Source: a virus. Taken from it: a DNA stretch of 46,554 bases. The position numbers were made by a program, and so were the translations under genes. Positions 35,426-43,190 of the stretch are shown piece by piece (positions within the stretch are counted from its first letter, which is position 1; each line of letters starts with the position of its first letter). The notes under the pieces are model-generated. The model had not been told where the DNA came from, did not search any database, and saw only the letters and a program-made list of their open reading frames with translations. Location: the IMG/VR virus record IMGVR_UViG_3300031707_000031, one strand, 5' to 3'.

Positions 35426-35431
35426 GGAACG

Positions 35432-35453
35432 ATGAGACTACTTCGAGTCTCAT
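35432..35453 (+). terminator. hairpin ATGAGACT-6 nt-AGTCTCAT just after the HNH stop
   Basis: 8-bp perfect stem 7 nt after TAA (35423-35425), followed by tcaccagTTTCTTCTT. It could equally be an intron stem on the minus strand. Confidence 0.4.
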
Positions 35454-35627
35454 TCACCAGTTTCTTCTTGTTATGGCTGGTGTTCAGACTATTACATCCG
35501 CCGACTTTCGGCGGTCTTTTCGGTTAGTCGTTGTTGCTGCACGCTTACGCTGCTTGCAAGGCGTTGTCCACTGCTGGGTTTTCGCCGTAGATTAGAAAAG
35601 ATTTTATAAGGACTATAGCACTTGTCA

Positions 35628-35843
35628 ATCCTTGCTGAACTTTTGCTCTTTCGGCTTGAGAGCCTTCGCCCTTAGCCTTAGCATACTCTTCGGAATCTAT
35701 TTCGCTAAATTCACGAGTGTTGCCGCTGTTTTGAGGTATCGGATATTCCTTTACCAAGCCAGAACCACGCATAACCTGTGCGACACTGGCATAAGCTTTT
35801 AGCCAAATGACGGACGCAAGTTTTACGAAGTCATTCAGACTAA
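35628..35843 (-). CDS. major capsid protein, exon 2
   Basis: Encodes (F)SLNDFVKLASVIWLKAYASVAQVMRGSGLVKEYPIPQNSGNTREFSEIDSEEYAKAKGEGSQAERAKVQQG. The 3' end is well supported, but the 5' end depends on the intron-1 model. Confidence 0.55.
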
Positions 35844-36539
35844 CTGTATTAAGTTCGATATAATTAGTAATTACTTAATAATACTAATGGTATGTTAACT
35901 GGTATGATTTTACTATGCTTTTTCAGATTACATCGCAGACATAATGGTTGAATGTTCCCGATATTATTGTCCCCACCTTTACTCAGAGGAATAATATGGT
36001 CTTCGGTTAGATAAGGAGTTCTTTGTCCAATAAATGGTTCGGACTTCCCACACATCAAACATCGATAATTATTAATGCGTTTCAATTCGTTCCACTGCGT
36101 GACGGTATGAGAACTTGTCAATGATACTGCCCTAAGCCGATGATTACGCTGCTTCTTCTGCCAAGAAATATATCCGTTCTCTAAACATCGGCCATCTTTA
36201 AAGAAATGACTCTTTTCTCCAGTATGTGCATCAATAATTGATTGGCGATGTTCTTTGGAAAGAGTATGCCCAAGAGCAAGAGAGTTGCCAGTCATCAATA
36301 TTTTTAGTTCCCTCTTTCGTTCTTCTGTGTGTATTGGTACACCGATTTTTTTTGCTCTTATCTTGTTTACGGTTGCTGCCGAATATCTTCTACAAGCCCC
36401 AGAACAAAAAGTCCTTCCATTACGTATTTCGTACGCCCACGCAACGAATTCTTTTCCACATGTTCTACATTTCAAAGTACTCTTCCCCGTTCCTCTTTTT
36501 GCATAAATCATAACTATTAATATACCATTAGTTATTATT
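35844..36539 (-). mobile_element. candidate group I intron or HEG insertion (696 nt) at the extreme 5' end of the capsid gene
   Basis: UAUGU (36544-36540) pairs with GUAUA (36525-36521), and ACUAA (36532-36528) pairs with UUAGU (35843-35839); G at 35844. This is the same 14-nt-loop architecture as the other intron, but P1 is weak and the ORF fills about 93% of the insert. Confidence 0.35.
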
Positions 36540-36568
36540 ACATAATTGTAAATTATGTTTACTGCCAT
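35864..36568 (-). CDS. HNH homing endonuclease with zinc-ribbon and NUMOD3-like motifs (215-234 aa)
   Basis: TEDHIIPLSKGGDNNIGNIQPLCLRCNLKKH is a classic HNH motif. CRTCGKEF...CSGAC and GHTLSKEHRQSIIDAHTG are the other two motifs. An alternative start is ATG 36511. Confidence 0.8.
   Translation of the reverse strand: MAVNIIYNYVIITNGILIVMIYAKRGTGKSTLKCRTCGKEFVAWAYEIRNGRTFCSGACRRYSAATVNKIRAKKIGVPIHTEERKRELKILMTGNSLALGHTLSKEHRQSIIDAHTGEKSHFFKDGRCLENGYISWQKKQRNHRLRAVSLTSSHTVTQWNELKRINNYRCLMCGKSEPFIGQRTPYLTEDHIIPLSKGGDNNIGNIQPLCLRCNLKKHSKIIPVNIPLVLLSNY
36540..36543 (-). CDS. major capsid protein, proposed exon 1 coding part (AUG plus U)
   Basis: Joining 36540 to 35843 gives AUG UUU AGU CUG AAU GAC, i.e. 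MFSLNDF, in frame. The AT-rich context (cataatttacaattATG) resembles other late starts. Confidence 0.3.
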
Positions 36569-36625
36569 GACACTGATTGTTTAGGCCATACGCTGTTCCT
36601 AGTAAACTTAAATTAATTATTATTT

Positions 36626-37072
36626 TTAAGAATTTGCTTTTAATCTGGCATCAGTACCAACGTTCAAGATGAAAAGACCCTTGGTTGTGCTAATAAATTT
36701 AACGCATTGCACAATGTGGTAAGTGGAAGCACTCTGGTCAACGCCAGTACCATCGTCAGCAGTGGTCAAGTTAAAATATAAGCCGACAGAAGTTGTTGCC
36801 AGTGTGCCAACAGCGACTGGGGCTTCCCAAATAACATTCTTTTCCACAGGTACTTCAATCGGAACTAAGCGAGCAACTGCATAATCGGAATCAGCCGTTG
36901 TGATTGCCTTTCTGATTACACCAACCATATCGTAGTTATTGGCAGTATTTGTAGCAGGAATCAAAACTCCGCTAGAATAAGCCATTAATGCACCGTTTGT
37001 TACCGCTCCAGCAGAGGCAGCAACAGGAAGATACATTATTTTTGTCTTTCCTTCTTTGCGAATAAACGCCAT
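36626..37072 (-). CDS. putative head decoration / capsid accessory protein (148 aa)
   Basis: Small beta-rich protein directly upstream of the capsid gene, starting MAFIRKEGK. An alternative start is MYLPVAAS at 37036. The call is positional inference. Confidence 0.35.
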   Translation of the reverse strand: MAFIRKEGKTKIMYLPVAASAGAVTNGALMAYSSGVLIPATNTANNYDMVGVIRKAITTADSDYAVARLVPIEVPVEKNVIWEAPVAVGTLATTSVGLYFNLTTADDGTGVDQSASTYHIVQCVKFISTTKGLFILNVGTDARLKANS

Positions 37073-37111
37073 ATAAGTAAGTTTTAAAACTAATAAATAA
37101 GCCCTATTACA

Positions 37112-37144
37112 CAAAAAAACACGATATTTGTGTAATATTCGTGT
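37112..37144 (-). terminator. rho-independent terminator upstream of the decoration and capsid genes
   Basis: Minus strand: ACACGAATATT-ACACA-AATATCGTGT (10 bp with one bulge) followed by U7. Confidence 0.55.
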
Positions 37145-37287
37145 TGTTAACGCAGTTTCTCTGCGAAGAAAATATGGCTTTTTTTAACGCTGGTATTGCT
37201 CCATCGGATAAGTTGTCGATTCCGACCAACCTGTTGCCAGATTAGCCGAATATTGAAAACCTATGTCTAAAAAAGGCACTATAATCA

Positions 37288-37671
37288 TTATACCACCTTA
37301 TCTTCAATTGGGGAAGATGATGTTTTGATTTTTGTCAAGAGTCTAAGGTTAATGTCATCCCCGCCAGAGCAGTTAAATGTGCTTCTTAATAACTCTTCCC
37401 GCAAATTATGAGCTAAGACCTCTATCGAATTGGCAATGTTACGACAAAAATAGAAACCCAGGTCATAATAAGCCAACTCTGCCAAGAATTTACGAGCGAA
37501 CAGGTCGTTGATATTGTCGGTAACATTACCAGTACCCTTTGTTTCCGACTTGATTAAGTCAAACAACTCTTTATTAATTACAACTGAATTATTGTCATCG
37601 ACGAACTCGACAGAAAGATTTTTTTCATCCTTGTCAAGCGTAATCTTAATCTCTTTTGTTCCGATAAACAT
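37288..37671 (-). CDS. hypothetical head-module protein (127 aa)
   Basis: Co-oriented ORF between the scaffold region and the capsid region. Confidence 0.5.
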   Translation of the reverse strand: MFIGTKEIKITLDKDEKNLSVEFVDDNNSVVINKELFDLIKSETKGTGNVTDNINDLFARKFLAELAYYDLGFYFCRNIANSIEVLAHNLREELLRSTFNCSGGDDINLRLLTKIKTSSSPIEDKVV

Positions 37672-37680
37672 ATTGAAATA

Positions 37681-38118
37681 TTAATTAATAAATTGAGAAT
37701 TTATTTCGTATTCCCTTCCGTCTTCCGTTCTCACCTTATAGACAATGGCGTCGGACATTGTTGTTTCCGAAATAACATCTGCTTTGATGTGCGTAAATCG
37801 GCGATTAAAAATTACCAAGTCCATTTCCTCAGACGTTTTGTCTTCGTAATAAATTTTAATGGTTTGTTTTTCTGACCATACTCCAGCAGGATTTTTTTCA
37901 ACTAAATTCTCAATCATATTGTCCCAAGACAAAACAACCTTGCCGTTAATCATTCTTAACCTAATTGATTTACCGTGTTGCCCCTTGTTTTTTTCGTCAA
38001 AATGGGCGAGATGAGCTTTGTCCGCAGCAAATTCCAATCTCTTCACTCTCTCCATTATCGCTGCTAACTCATCTTTTTTAATTGAAACTACTTCGTCGGA
38101 TTTAATTTCTTTAACCAT
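37681..38118 (-). CDS. hypothetical head-module protein (145 aa)
   Basis: Co-oriented ORF; no motif recognised. Confidence 0.5.
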   Translation of the reverse strand: MVKEIKSDEVVSIKKDELAAIMERVKRLEFAADKAHLAHFDEKNKGQHGKSIRLRMINGKVVLSWDNMIENLVEKNPAGVWSEKQTIKIYYEDKTSEEMDLVIFNRRFTHIKADVISETTMSDAIVYKVRTEDGREYEINSQFIN

Positions 38119-38143
38119 ATTTTTAATTATTAATTAATTATTA

Positions 38144-38701
38144 TTAAACCTTTTTTAAGTCTTCTTCGCTCAAGCCGAATTTTTTTCCGAGTTCCAGCAG
38201 GTCATCACTTGGTTTTACAGTCTTGGCTGATTGAGAACCAGAAGTATTGTTGGCGTTAAAAATAGGGTTACGATGCTTTATCCCAACCGACATGGCGTAA
38301 GCATCGTTAATTAAAGTTTTTATTTCCGCACGGCTTTTTGCTTTATCCGAATCTTTAATTCTCGAATAATTTAGTTCAACCTTTTTCCGAAGCTCTTCGT
38401 CGTCGCCGACAAGTGACGCCAACAAGTCTCCCTTGACATCGGAAACAAACGCTCCTTCAAAAGACTTTTGCTTTTCTTCCAACTCTTCCTGTTGCCTCTT
38501 CAACGAAAGCTCGGTGTCCGTAAGCTTTGCTCTTTGCTCCTCCGTCATGTTTTCGAGTTTCCGAAAATTAAATTCCTTGTTCTCCAGCTTGGAAAGTTTT
38601 TTGTTTGTCTCCTCAAGCGTCGCCTGAAGATTTTTAATTTCTTCTGGCGGAAGAATTCCTGAGATTGGTTCTCCGTCAGCGTTGAAAGCTTCAAAAGCCA
38701 T
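38144..38701 (-). CDS. putative scaffolding protein (185 aa)
   Basis: Charged coiled-coil sequence (LEETNKKLSKLENKEF...LKRQQEELEEKQKSF) between the portal and capsid genes. Confidence 0.5.
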   Translation of the reverse strand: MAFEAFNADGEPISGILPPEEIKNLQATLEETNKKLSKLENKEFNFRKLENMTEEQRAKLTDTELSLKRQQEELEEKQKSFEGAFVSDVKGDLLASLVGDDEELRKKVELNYSRIKDSDKAKSRAEIKTLINDAYAMSVGIKHRNPIFNANNTSGSQSAKTVKPSDDLLELGKKFGLSEEDLKKV

Positions 38702-38722
38702 AATTTTTTTTATTAAAATTAA

Positions 38723-39052
38723 TTAAATGACGTCAGACTTATCGAAGTTTTCCTCCTTCTTAATGTTTTGCAAGTGCATGGCGTTGTAAGCTGCGAACGT
38801 TTCGTAAAGCATCGCCACGCCATGAATTTGCCCCCTGCCATACGCCAAATCTTCCGCCGTTATCGCTTCCTTCGCCGTATATAAAATCTGCAAAGTCCCG
38901 ACATCATCGCAAACCTTCTTAAAAATTTTGTTATTAAAGATAACGCTGCATCCAGCCAAAAAATCTTTCTTTTCGTTTTCAGAAAGCTTGCTAAAAAATT
39001 CTTCTGGCTGGAACTCCAGAGCTTCCAAATCTTTTTTAATTTGTTTTCTCAT
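38723..39052 (-). CDS. hypothetical protein (109 aa)
   Basis: Co-oriented ORF directly after the portal gene. Confidence 0.5.
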   Translation of the reverse strand: MRKQIKKDLEALEFQPEEFFSKLSENEKKDFLAGCSVIFNNKIFKKVCDDVGTLQILYTAKEAITAEDLAYGRGQIHGVAMLYETFAAYNAMHLQNIKKEENFDKSDVI

Positions 39053-39055
39053 ATT

Positions 39056-40996
39056 TTATCCTCCCATCGGCGATGTGCCGATTCCTCTGTTTAATTGCGC
39101 CCCCAATCCGTTATTATCACCACCCTTCATCGCTTGTTCAGATGGAGTAACAGGGGCGTTAGGAATAAAGAATTTTTCAGGATTCTGTCTAGACAAGACC
39201 GCATATCGCTTCATCAGGTACGGAAAATTAAGTGATTGCGCACCAAATAAATTCATTGCGTCTTGAACGTCAGTCTTAAACATGATTTTTTGTAAATCAG
39301 ATGTTTCCTTTTCGACGGGTGTAATATTAATATAATAAAAGTTTTTCATCTTCGCAATTTCTGGGCTGATATATGTCTTCCGCACTGGCATCCGCTTCTG
39401 CTCAGACAACATGCTCTCTTCCTGCATTATTTGTTCAGGCGTATATTCTCCAGCTTCGGGAGAAAACTGAATAATCTTTTTTCCTTTCTGCCCTTCTTCA
39501 AAATTAGACTCGACTTCAATCGTCTTAAAGACCTCTTCTAGCTGACCAGTAAACTCATTAACACGGGTGTCCTGCTTCTTCGTCCAATTAGTTAAAATGT
39601 TGTAAGTCCGCAACCAGGACAACTGCTTCTCCAAAGAAATGATTCCATAAATAACCAAACCCAACTTCATCATTTGCTGTTTTTTGAGTTCCAATATCTC
39701 TGTCGCCGTCTGCGTGCCAGATGTTTGGTCGCCAGCAAAAGCGGGGGACACGGATTTTTGGTCAACGATACTTTTTATAAACTCAAACGCATTGAATTCC
39801 GACGCAGTTACGCCAGTAGCGTCTCCTATCGGTTGCAGTTTGGCAGGGTCAATCTGATTCGTAATTTCACCCGCATTAAATATTTTTCTCGATAGAACAC
39901 GTCCTGTATTGTTCGCCATCGGCGGCATATAAGATTTCCGTGTCTTCAAAACAATCAACTTCATCATTTCATCTAAAACAGCCTGGTCAACTTTAGTCTT
40001 AGCAGGAATGGATTTGGAATAAGCGAAGAATTGCGATATAGGATAAACGTCTCCTTTGGCAACAGTGTAGTCTCCCGACGGAGAAATCGCTTCCAGCGGA
40101 AATCCGCATGGTAGCATCATCACACCATTCAGCATTATCATAAACTCGTTCGTCCATTTGTTTTGAAACTTAATCACCTCGACAAAGTTTTCCTGCACTG
40201 CCTCCAGCGTCCAATCACGATAAGTGGAGTAATCGGTCGGTACAACTCTGACAATTTTTTTCGGAACGAACTCCCACCTGTCCCAATTTTTATAAATAGT
40301 TTCCGCCTCGGCATAACTCATTTTGTCGAGCGTAAAAATATATGGCTGTTTTGAAAGCTGAAACTCCCGCACGTCGCCCAAATAAACTTTATCGCCTCGG
40401 ATAAGCCGTGTCTGACAGCCGCAAAATCCTTCCGCATCAGTCTCGTCCCATTTAATACTCTTTACTTTAACGCCGTCGCTCCAATTAACATCCTTTAATT
40501 TTTTTACAACCTTCGTTTCCTCAACCCACTGCTCCTCGACGAAGCAAGTTCCCTGGTCGAGCATCTCCTTGTATATTAAAACTCTTTTTTCTTCATAATT
40601 CTCTATCTCACGTGATTTTTTTACCAAGTCTTCAATATTTTTTCCCAGTTCGTCAATTTCCATCATCTCCTTGTCGAACGCCATGATGTTTGGCTCAAGA
40701 TTGTAGTTTAGAATCGCCGAAAGCAGCGTGCTGCCCTTTTCTTCCGTCGTTCCCGTCACAACACGTGTGTCCTCTGGATTACGTTTTGGCTCAATATACG
40801 AATTCGCAGCTCTAAGGTTGCTATCATAATACTGAGTATAATTAGTATCATTAAACTCCCGATAATTAGAATCTCTGGCAACCTGAGCGGTGGTCAGTTT
40901 TCTAATCAGCTCCGAGCGATATGCAGCCTCTTCTGGCGTATAATCTGGAAACGGATTTATCAGTATTTCCTCTTTCTTCGCTTTTTTTGTTGGCAT
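39056..40996 (-). CDS. portal protein (646 aa)
   Basis: Size and position immediately downstream of TerL; no motif independently recognised. Confidence 0.7.
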   Translation of the reverse strand: MPTKKAKKEEILINPFPDYTPEEAAYRSELIRKLTTAQVARDSNYREFNDTNYTQYYDSNLRAANSYIEPKRNPEDTRVVTGTTEEKGSTLLSAILNYNLEPNIMAFDKEMMEIDELGKNIEDLVKKSREIENYEEKRVLIYKEMLDQGTCFVEEQWVEETKVVKKLKDVNWSDGVKVKSIKWDETDAEGFCGCQTRLIRGDKVYLGDVREFQLSKQPYIFTLDKMSYAEAETIYKNWDRWEFVPKKIVRVVPTDYSTYRDWTLEAVQENFVEVIKFQNKWTNEFMIMLNGVMMLPCGFPLEAISPSGDYTVAKGDVYPISQFFAYSKSIPAKTKVDQAVLDEMMKLIVLKTRKSYMPPMANNTGRVLSRKIFNAGEITNQIDPAKLQPIGDATGVTASEFNAFEFIKSIVDQKSVSPAFAGDQTSGTQTATEILELKKQQMMKLGLVIYGIISLEKQLSWLRTYNILTNWTKKQDTRVNEFTGQLEEVFKTIEVESNFEEGQKGKKIIQFSPEAGEYTPEQIMQEESMLSEQKRMPVRKTYISPEIAKMKNFYYINITPVEKETSDLQKIMFKTDVQDAMNLFGAQSLNFPYLMKRYAVLSRQNPEKFFIPNAPVTPSEQAMKGGDNNGLGAQLNRGIGTSPMGG

Positions 40997-41001
40997 ATAT
41001 T

Positions 41002-42339
41002 TTAAATTATTGCAGACCTGTCAAAATTTTTATTATTTTCCTGGTCAGCGTAGTAATCGTCTTTGTAATTGTTATTAATCGGACTGTCCACGCCGTGAAC
41101 CGCCAGGGCTAACGCCATAACTCGGTCATCGTGCAGCCCTTTCCGTGACTTCACTTCAATTTTTCCTTTTTCCGTCATCGTAAACTGAAACGCTTCCAAC
41201 TCCGCAACTAATTCTGGGTCGTTCGGTATCTTAATCTTACTCTGTTGCAGCAAAATCGACAAATTGTCGAGTAAATCCCGCCGAGAGCGTGCCGAAAAAA
41301 CAATTGCACCGTCTTCGCCGATATTTAACCCCCGTTTTTCCAAGTCTTCCACCACCGCATCGCCGACTCCCGTTCTGTCAATCTTAATTTTTGCATTATT
41401 GTACTTTCTCGCTGTCGCCTCAATCAAATATTTCTGAAAATTCCAATCTACTTGGTTAAATCTTTCCAGTTGCTTGACCCTAAACGTCGCCAAATCAAAC
41501 GGAGCAAGCACGGTAAAGTCAGAATACTTAGCAAGGTCGATTCCCAGCTGATAAAAGTGCATCGGGTCAACGTAATCGTCAGCCTCGTACAAATTTTCTT
41601 TTATTTTTCTGAAGAACGCCCCAGCGTTTTCTCTAAATGAGCAATAATACTCCTGTAAAAACAAAGATTCTGGGGTGGCTCGCTTCGCTTCTTCAATTTC
41701 TCCTTCCGTAAAACCGCCCGTGTCCTCCACTGTCTTAACGCTCGTAAACCACTGGTCAGGATTTTGTTTACCATACTCAAGAATCTCCCACGAATGGTTG
41801 CGTCCTTTCGGCGTAAAAATAAAACTGGCTGTTCCATGATTTTCACGTAGCACAGGCTGGATTATTCCTGTCCAAATTTCGGGGTCTTCTTCCGAGAATT
41901 CGTCGAACACCACGTCAATCGGGTTTATTCCTCTGTGCTTATTAATGTCTTCGCATCCCGCAAATCGCTGGACGCTGCCGTTCTTATAATAAATCGCCAG
42001 TTCCGACTCGTTCATTTTATCCACCAGCTCCATCGGGACGTGCTCGTCAATCAACTGAGCGAAAATTGTCTCCTTCGCCTGTTTGTACGTCGGTAAAAAA
42101 GTATAGTAAACATTTTTTCTATTCCGCTCTTCTTCCGTCAGCCGAGTGTCGGCTGGCGACATCCACTGTTCAAGACTCTTCGAATATTTTAATTGCGTTC
42201 TCGCTATCTGCTGGTTTAGTGCCGTCTTCGTCTTACCGCCTCGACGATGAAACACCGCCACCTTGAACCGCCGCTTGTCTTCCAAAAACTCTTTCTGGTA
42301 CGGACGAGGCGTAAAATTTTTCGGCAAATTAACTTCCAT
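41002..42339 (-). CDS. terL: terminase large subunit
   Basis: 445 aa with Walker A-like FHRRGGKTKTA and Walker B VVFDEF, followed by a C-terminal nuclease-sized domain. It sits upstream of the portal gene. Confidence 0.8.
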   Translation of the reverse strand: MEVNLPKNFTPRPYQKEFLEDKRRFKVAVFHRRGGKTKTALNQQIARTQLKYSKSLEQWMSPADTRLTEEERNRKNVYYTFLPTYKQAKETIFAQLIDEHVPMELVDKMNESELAIYYKNGSVQRFAGCEDINKHRGINPIDVVFDEFSEEDPEIWTGIIQPVLRENHGTASFIFTPKGRNHSWEILEYGKQNPDQWFTSVKTVEDTGGFTEGEIEEAKRATPESLFLQEYYCSFRENAGAFFRKIKENLYEADDYVDPMHFYQLGIDLAKYSDFTVLAPFDLATFRVKQLERFNQVDWNFQKYLIEATARKYNNAKIKIDRTGVGDAVVEDLEKRGLNIGEDGAIVFSARSRRDLLDNLSILLQQSKIKIPNDPELVAELEAFQFTMTEKGKIEVKSRKGLHDDRVMALALAVHGVDSPINNNYKDDYYADQENNKNFDRSAII

Positions 42340-42355
42340 GTATTTTTTTTGTAAA

Positions 42356-42757
42356 TTATTCTATTATTTCTCCCTCGATTGCCTTCTGCTGTTCGGGGTT
42401 CTCCGCCGCATCAATTCCCATCCCCAGAATGTTCACCATAATCTGATTCCCTGCCGTTCCCTCCAGCTGCGTCGGCAGCACCCTGCCCTGCAACTTATTG
42501 AATTCAATTATCGCCGTCTTCTTCATGTCCTTCTCGTCCGACCGCAGCATCAGCAGCCATTCCGCCCACCATTCTTTCCGATACTTAAAAACGTTGTCCT
42601 TGATGTATGAGGCAACTTTGTTATTGGCAAGGAGCATTTCCGATTTCTTTTCCTGCAAGAGTGCGAGGTCGGCTTTCGTTTTTTCAATTACTTCCGCCGC
42701 ACTTTTCAGCTCCTCCTCTTTCGCCCGCTCCTGGATTGTCTGATTCTTCTTCGGCAT
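42356..42757 (-). CDS. putative terminase small subunit (133 aa)
   Basis: Small helical, charged protein directly upstream of terL. The call is positional inference. Confidence 0.45.
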   Translation of the reverse strand: MPKKNQTIQERAKEEELKSAAEVIEKTKADLALLQEKKSEMLLANNKVASYIKDNVFKYRKEWWAEWLLMLRSDEKDMKKTAIIEFNKLQGRVLPTQLEGTAGNQIMVNILGMGIDAAENPEQQKAIEGEIIE

Positions 42758-42826
42758 TATTAAAAAAAATATTTACTGATTAAAAAAATGAGGATAGTGG
42801 CGAGCGGCAGGGCGTAAGCGACGCAT

Positions 42827-43015
42827 TTAACAATTTCCATAGGGGTCGCAAGTAATACATGGGTATGGTTGCAAGGGAAGCTGTATTGGGCTTGTGTATG
42901 TGAAAAAATTGATACTCCACTCCTTCTGGCATTTTTCGCAATAAACAACGTCGCACTTTTTACAGTACTTCAGTTCGTGCTGACAAATTTGCGGTTCGGT
43001 GTGATTGTGATTCAT
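42827..43015 (-). CDS. small Cys-rich protein (62 aa)
   Basis: From ATG 43015: MNHNHTEPQICQHELKYCKKCDVVYCEKCQKEW...CITCDPYGNC. Confidence 0.4.
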   Translation of the reverse strand: MNHNHTEPQICQHELKYCKKCDVVYCEKCQKEWSINFFTYTSPIQLPLQPYPCITCDPYGNC

Positions 43016-43028
43016 TGTTTTTTTTCTT

Positions 43029-43190
43029 TTATTTACTAAAAAGCTTGTCTTCAATGACAAGCTCAACTTCCTTCGGAAGCGTGGAATAAGTTTTTGATTG
43101 CACCCGCCCGCAAGAACGACAAAGCATAAAAGCCTTATCGTTGGGAATTGCTTCTAATTTACTTTTACACTTGAGACACTTTTTTTGCAT
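43029..43190 (-). CDS. small zinc-ribbon protein (53 aa, below ORF-track cut-off)
   Basis: Hand translation MQKKCLKCKSKLEAIPNDKAFMLCRSCGRVQSKTY... (CxxC...CxxC). Confidence 0.4.
   Translation of the reverse strand: MQKKCLKCKSKLEAIPNDKAFMLCRSCGRVQSKTYSTLPKEVELVIEDKLFSK

Larger units (their letters stand above)
34901..35627 (-). mobile_element. group I intron (727 nt) in the capsid gene, carrying an antisense HNH endonuclease gene
   Basis: P1: AAGGAU (35633-35628) pairs with GUCCUU (35613-35608), with U.G at the splice site. P10: GCUAU (35619-35615) pairs with AUAGC (34900-34896). The last intron nt is G at 34901, and the junction is in frame. Confidence 0.7.

Noticed and set aside
35483-35842. 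Shared 9-mer UAGUCUGAA in intron 2 (35491-35483) and at the start of exon 2 (35842-35834)
   Set aside because: A single 9-mer match could be chance, and no consistent pairing or target-site model emerged.
34901-36539. Capsid interruptions as inteins
   Set aside because: One endonuclease gene is on the opposite strand and the other is out of frame with the capsid exons and ends in a stop. There are no intein splice motifs. The RNA-level guide pairings fit introns.
36513-36545. Similarity between GTAATAATAACTAATGGTATATTAATAG (near 36540) and GTAATTACTAATTATATCGAACTTAATACAG (near 35875) as a target-site duplication
   Set aside because: Both segments are AT-rich and low in complexity, and aligning them needs several gaps. 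This is not convincing without statistics.
36583-36589. ATGGCC+T (the 2-codon ORF ATGGCCTAA with AGGAA upstream) as capsid exon 1
   Set aside because: It is in frame with the same 3' site (MAFSLNDF). However, no GGGCC-type guide complement lies nearby; the best pairing, with GUGUCAU, has a mismatch next to the splice site and no P10. It is kept only as an alternative.
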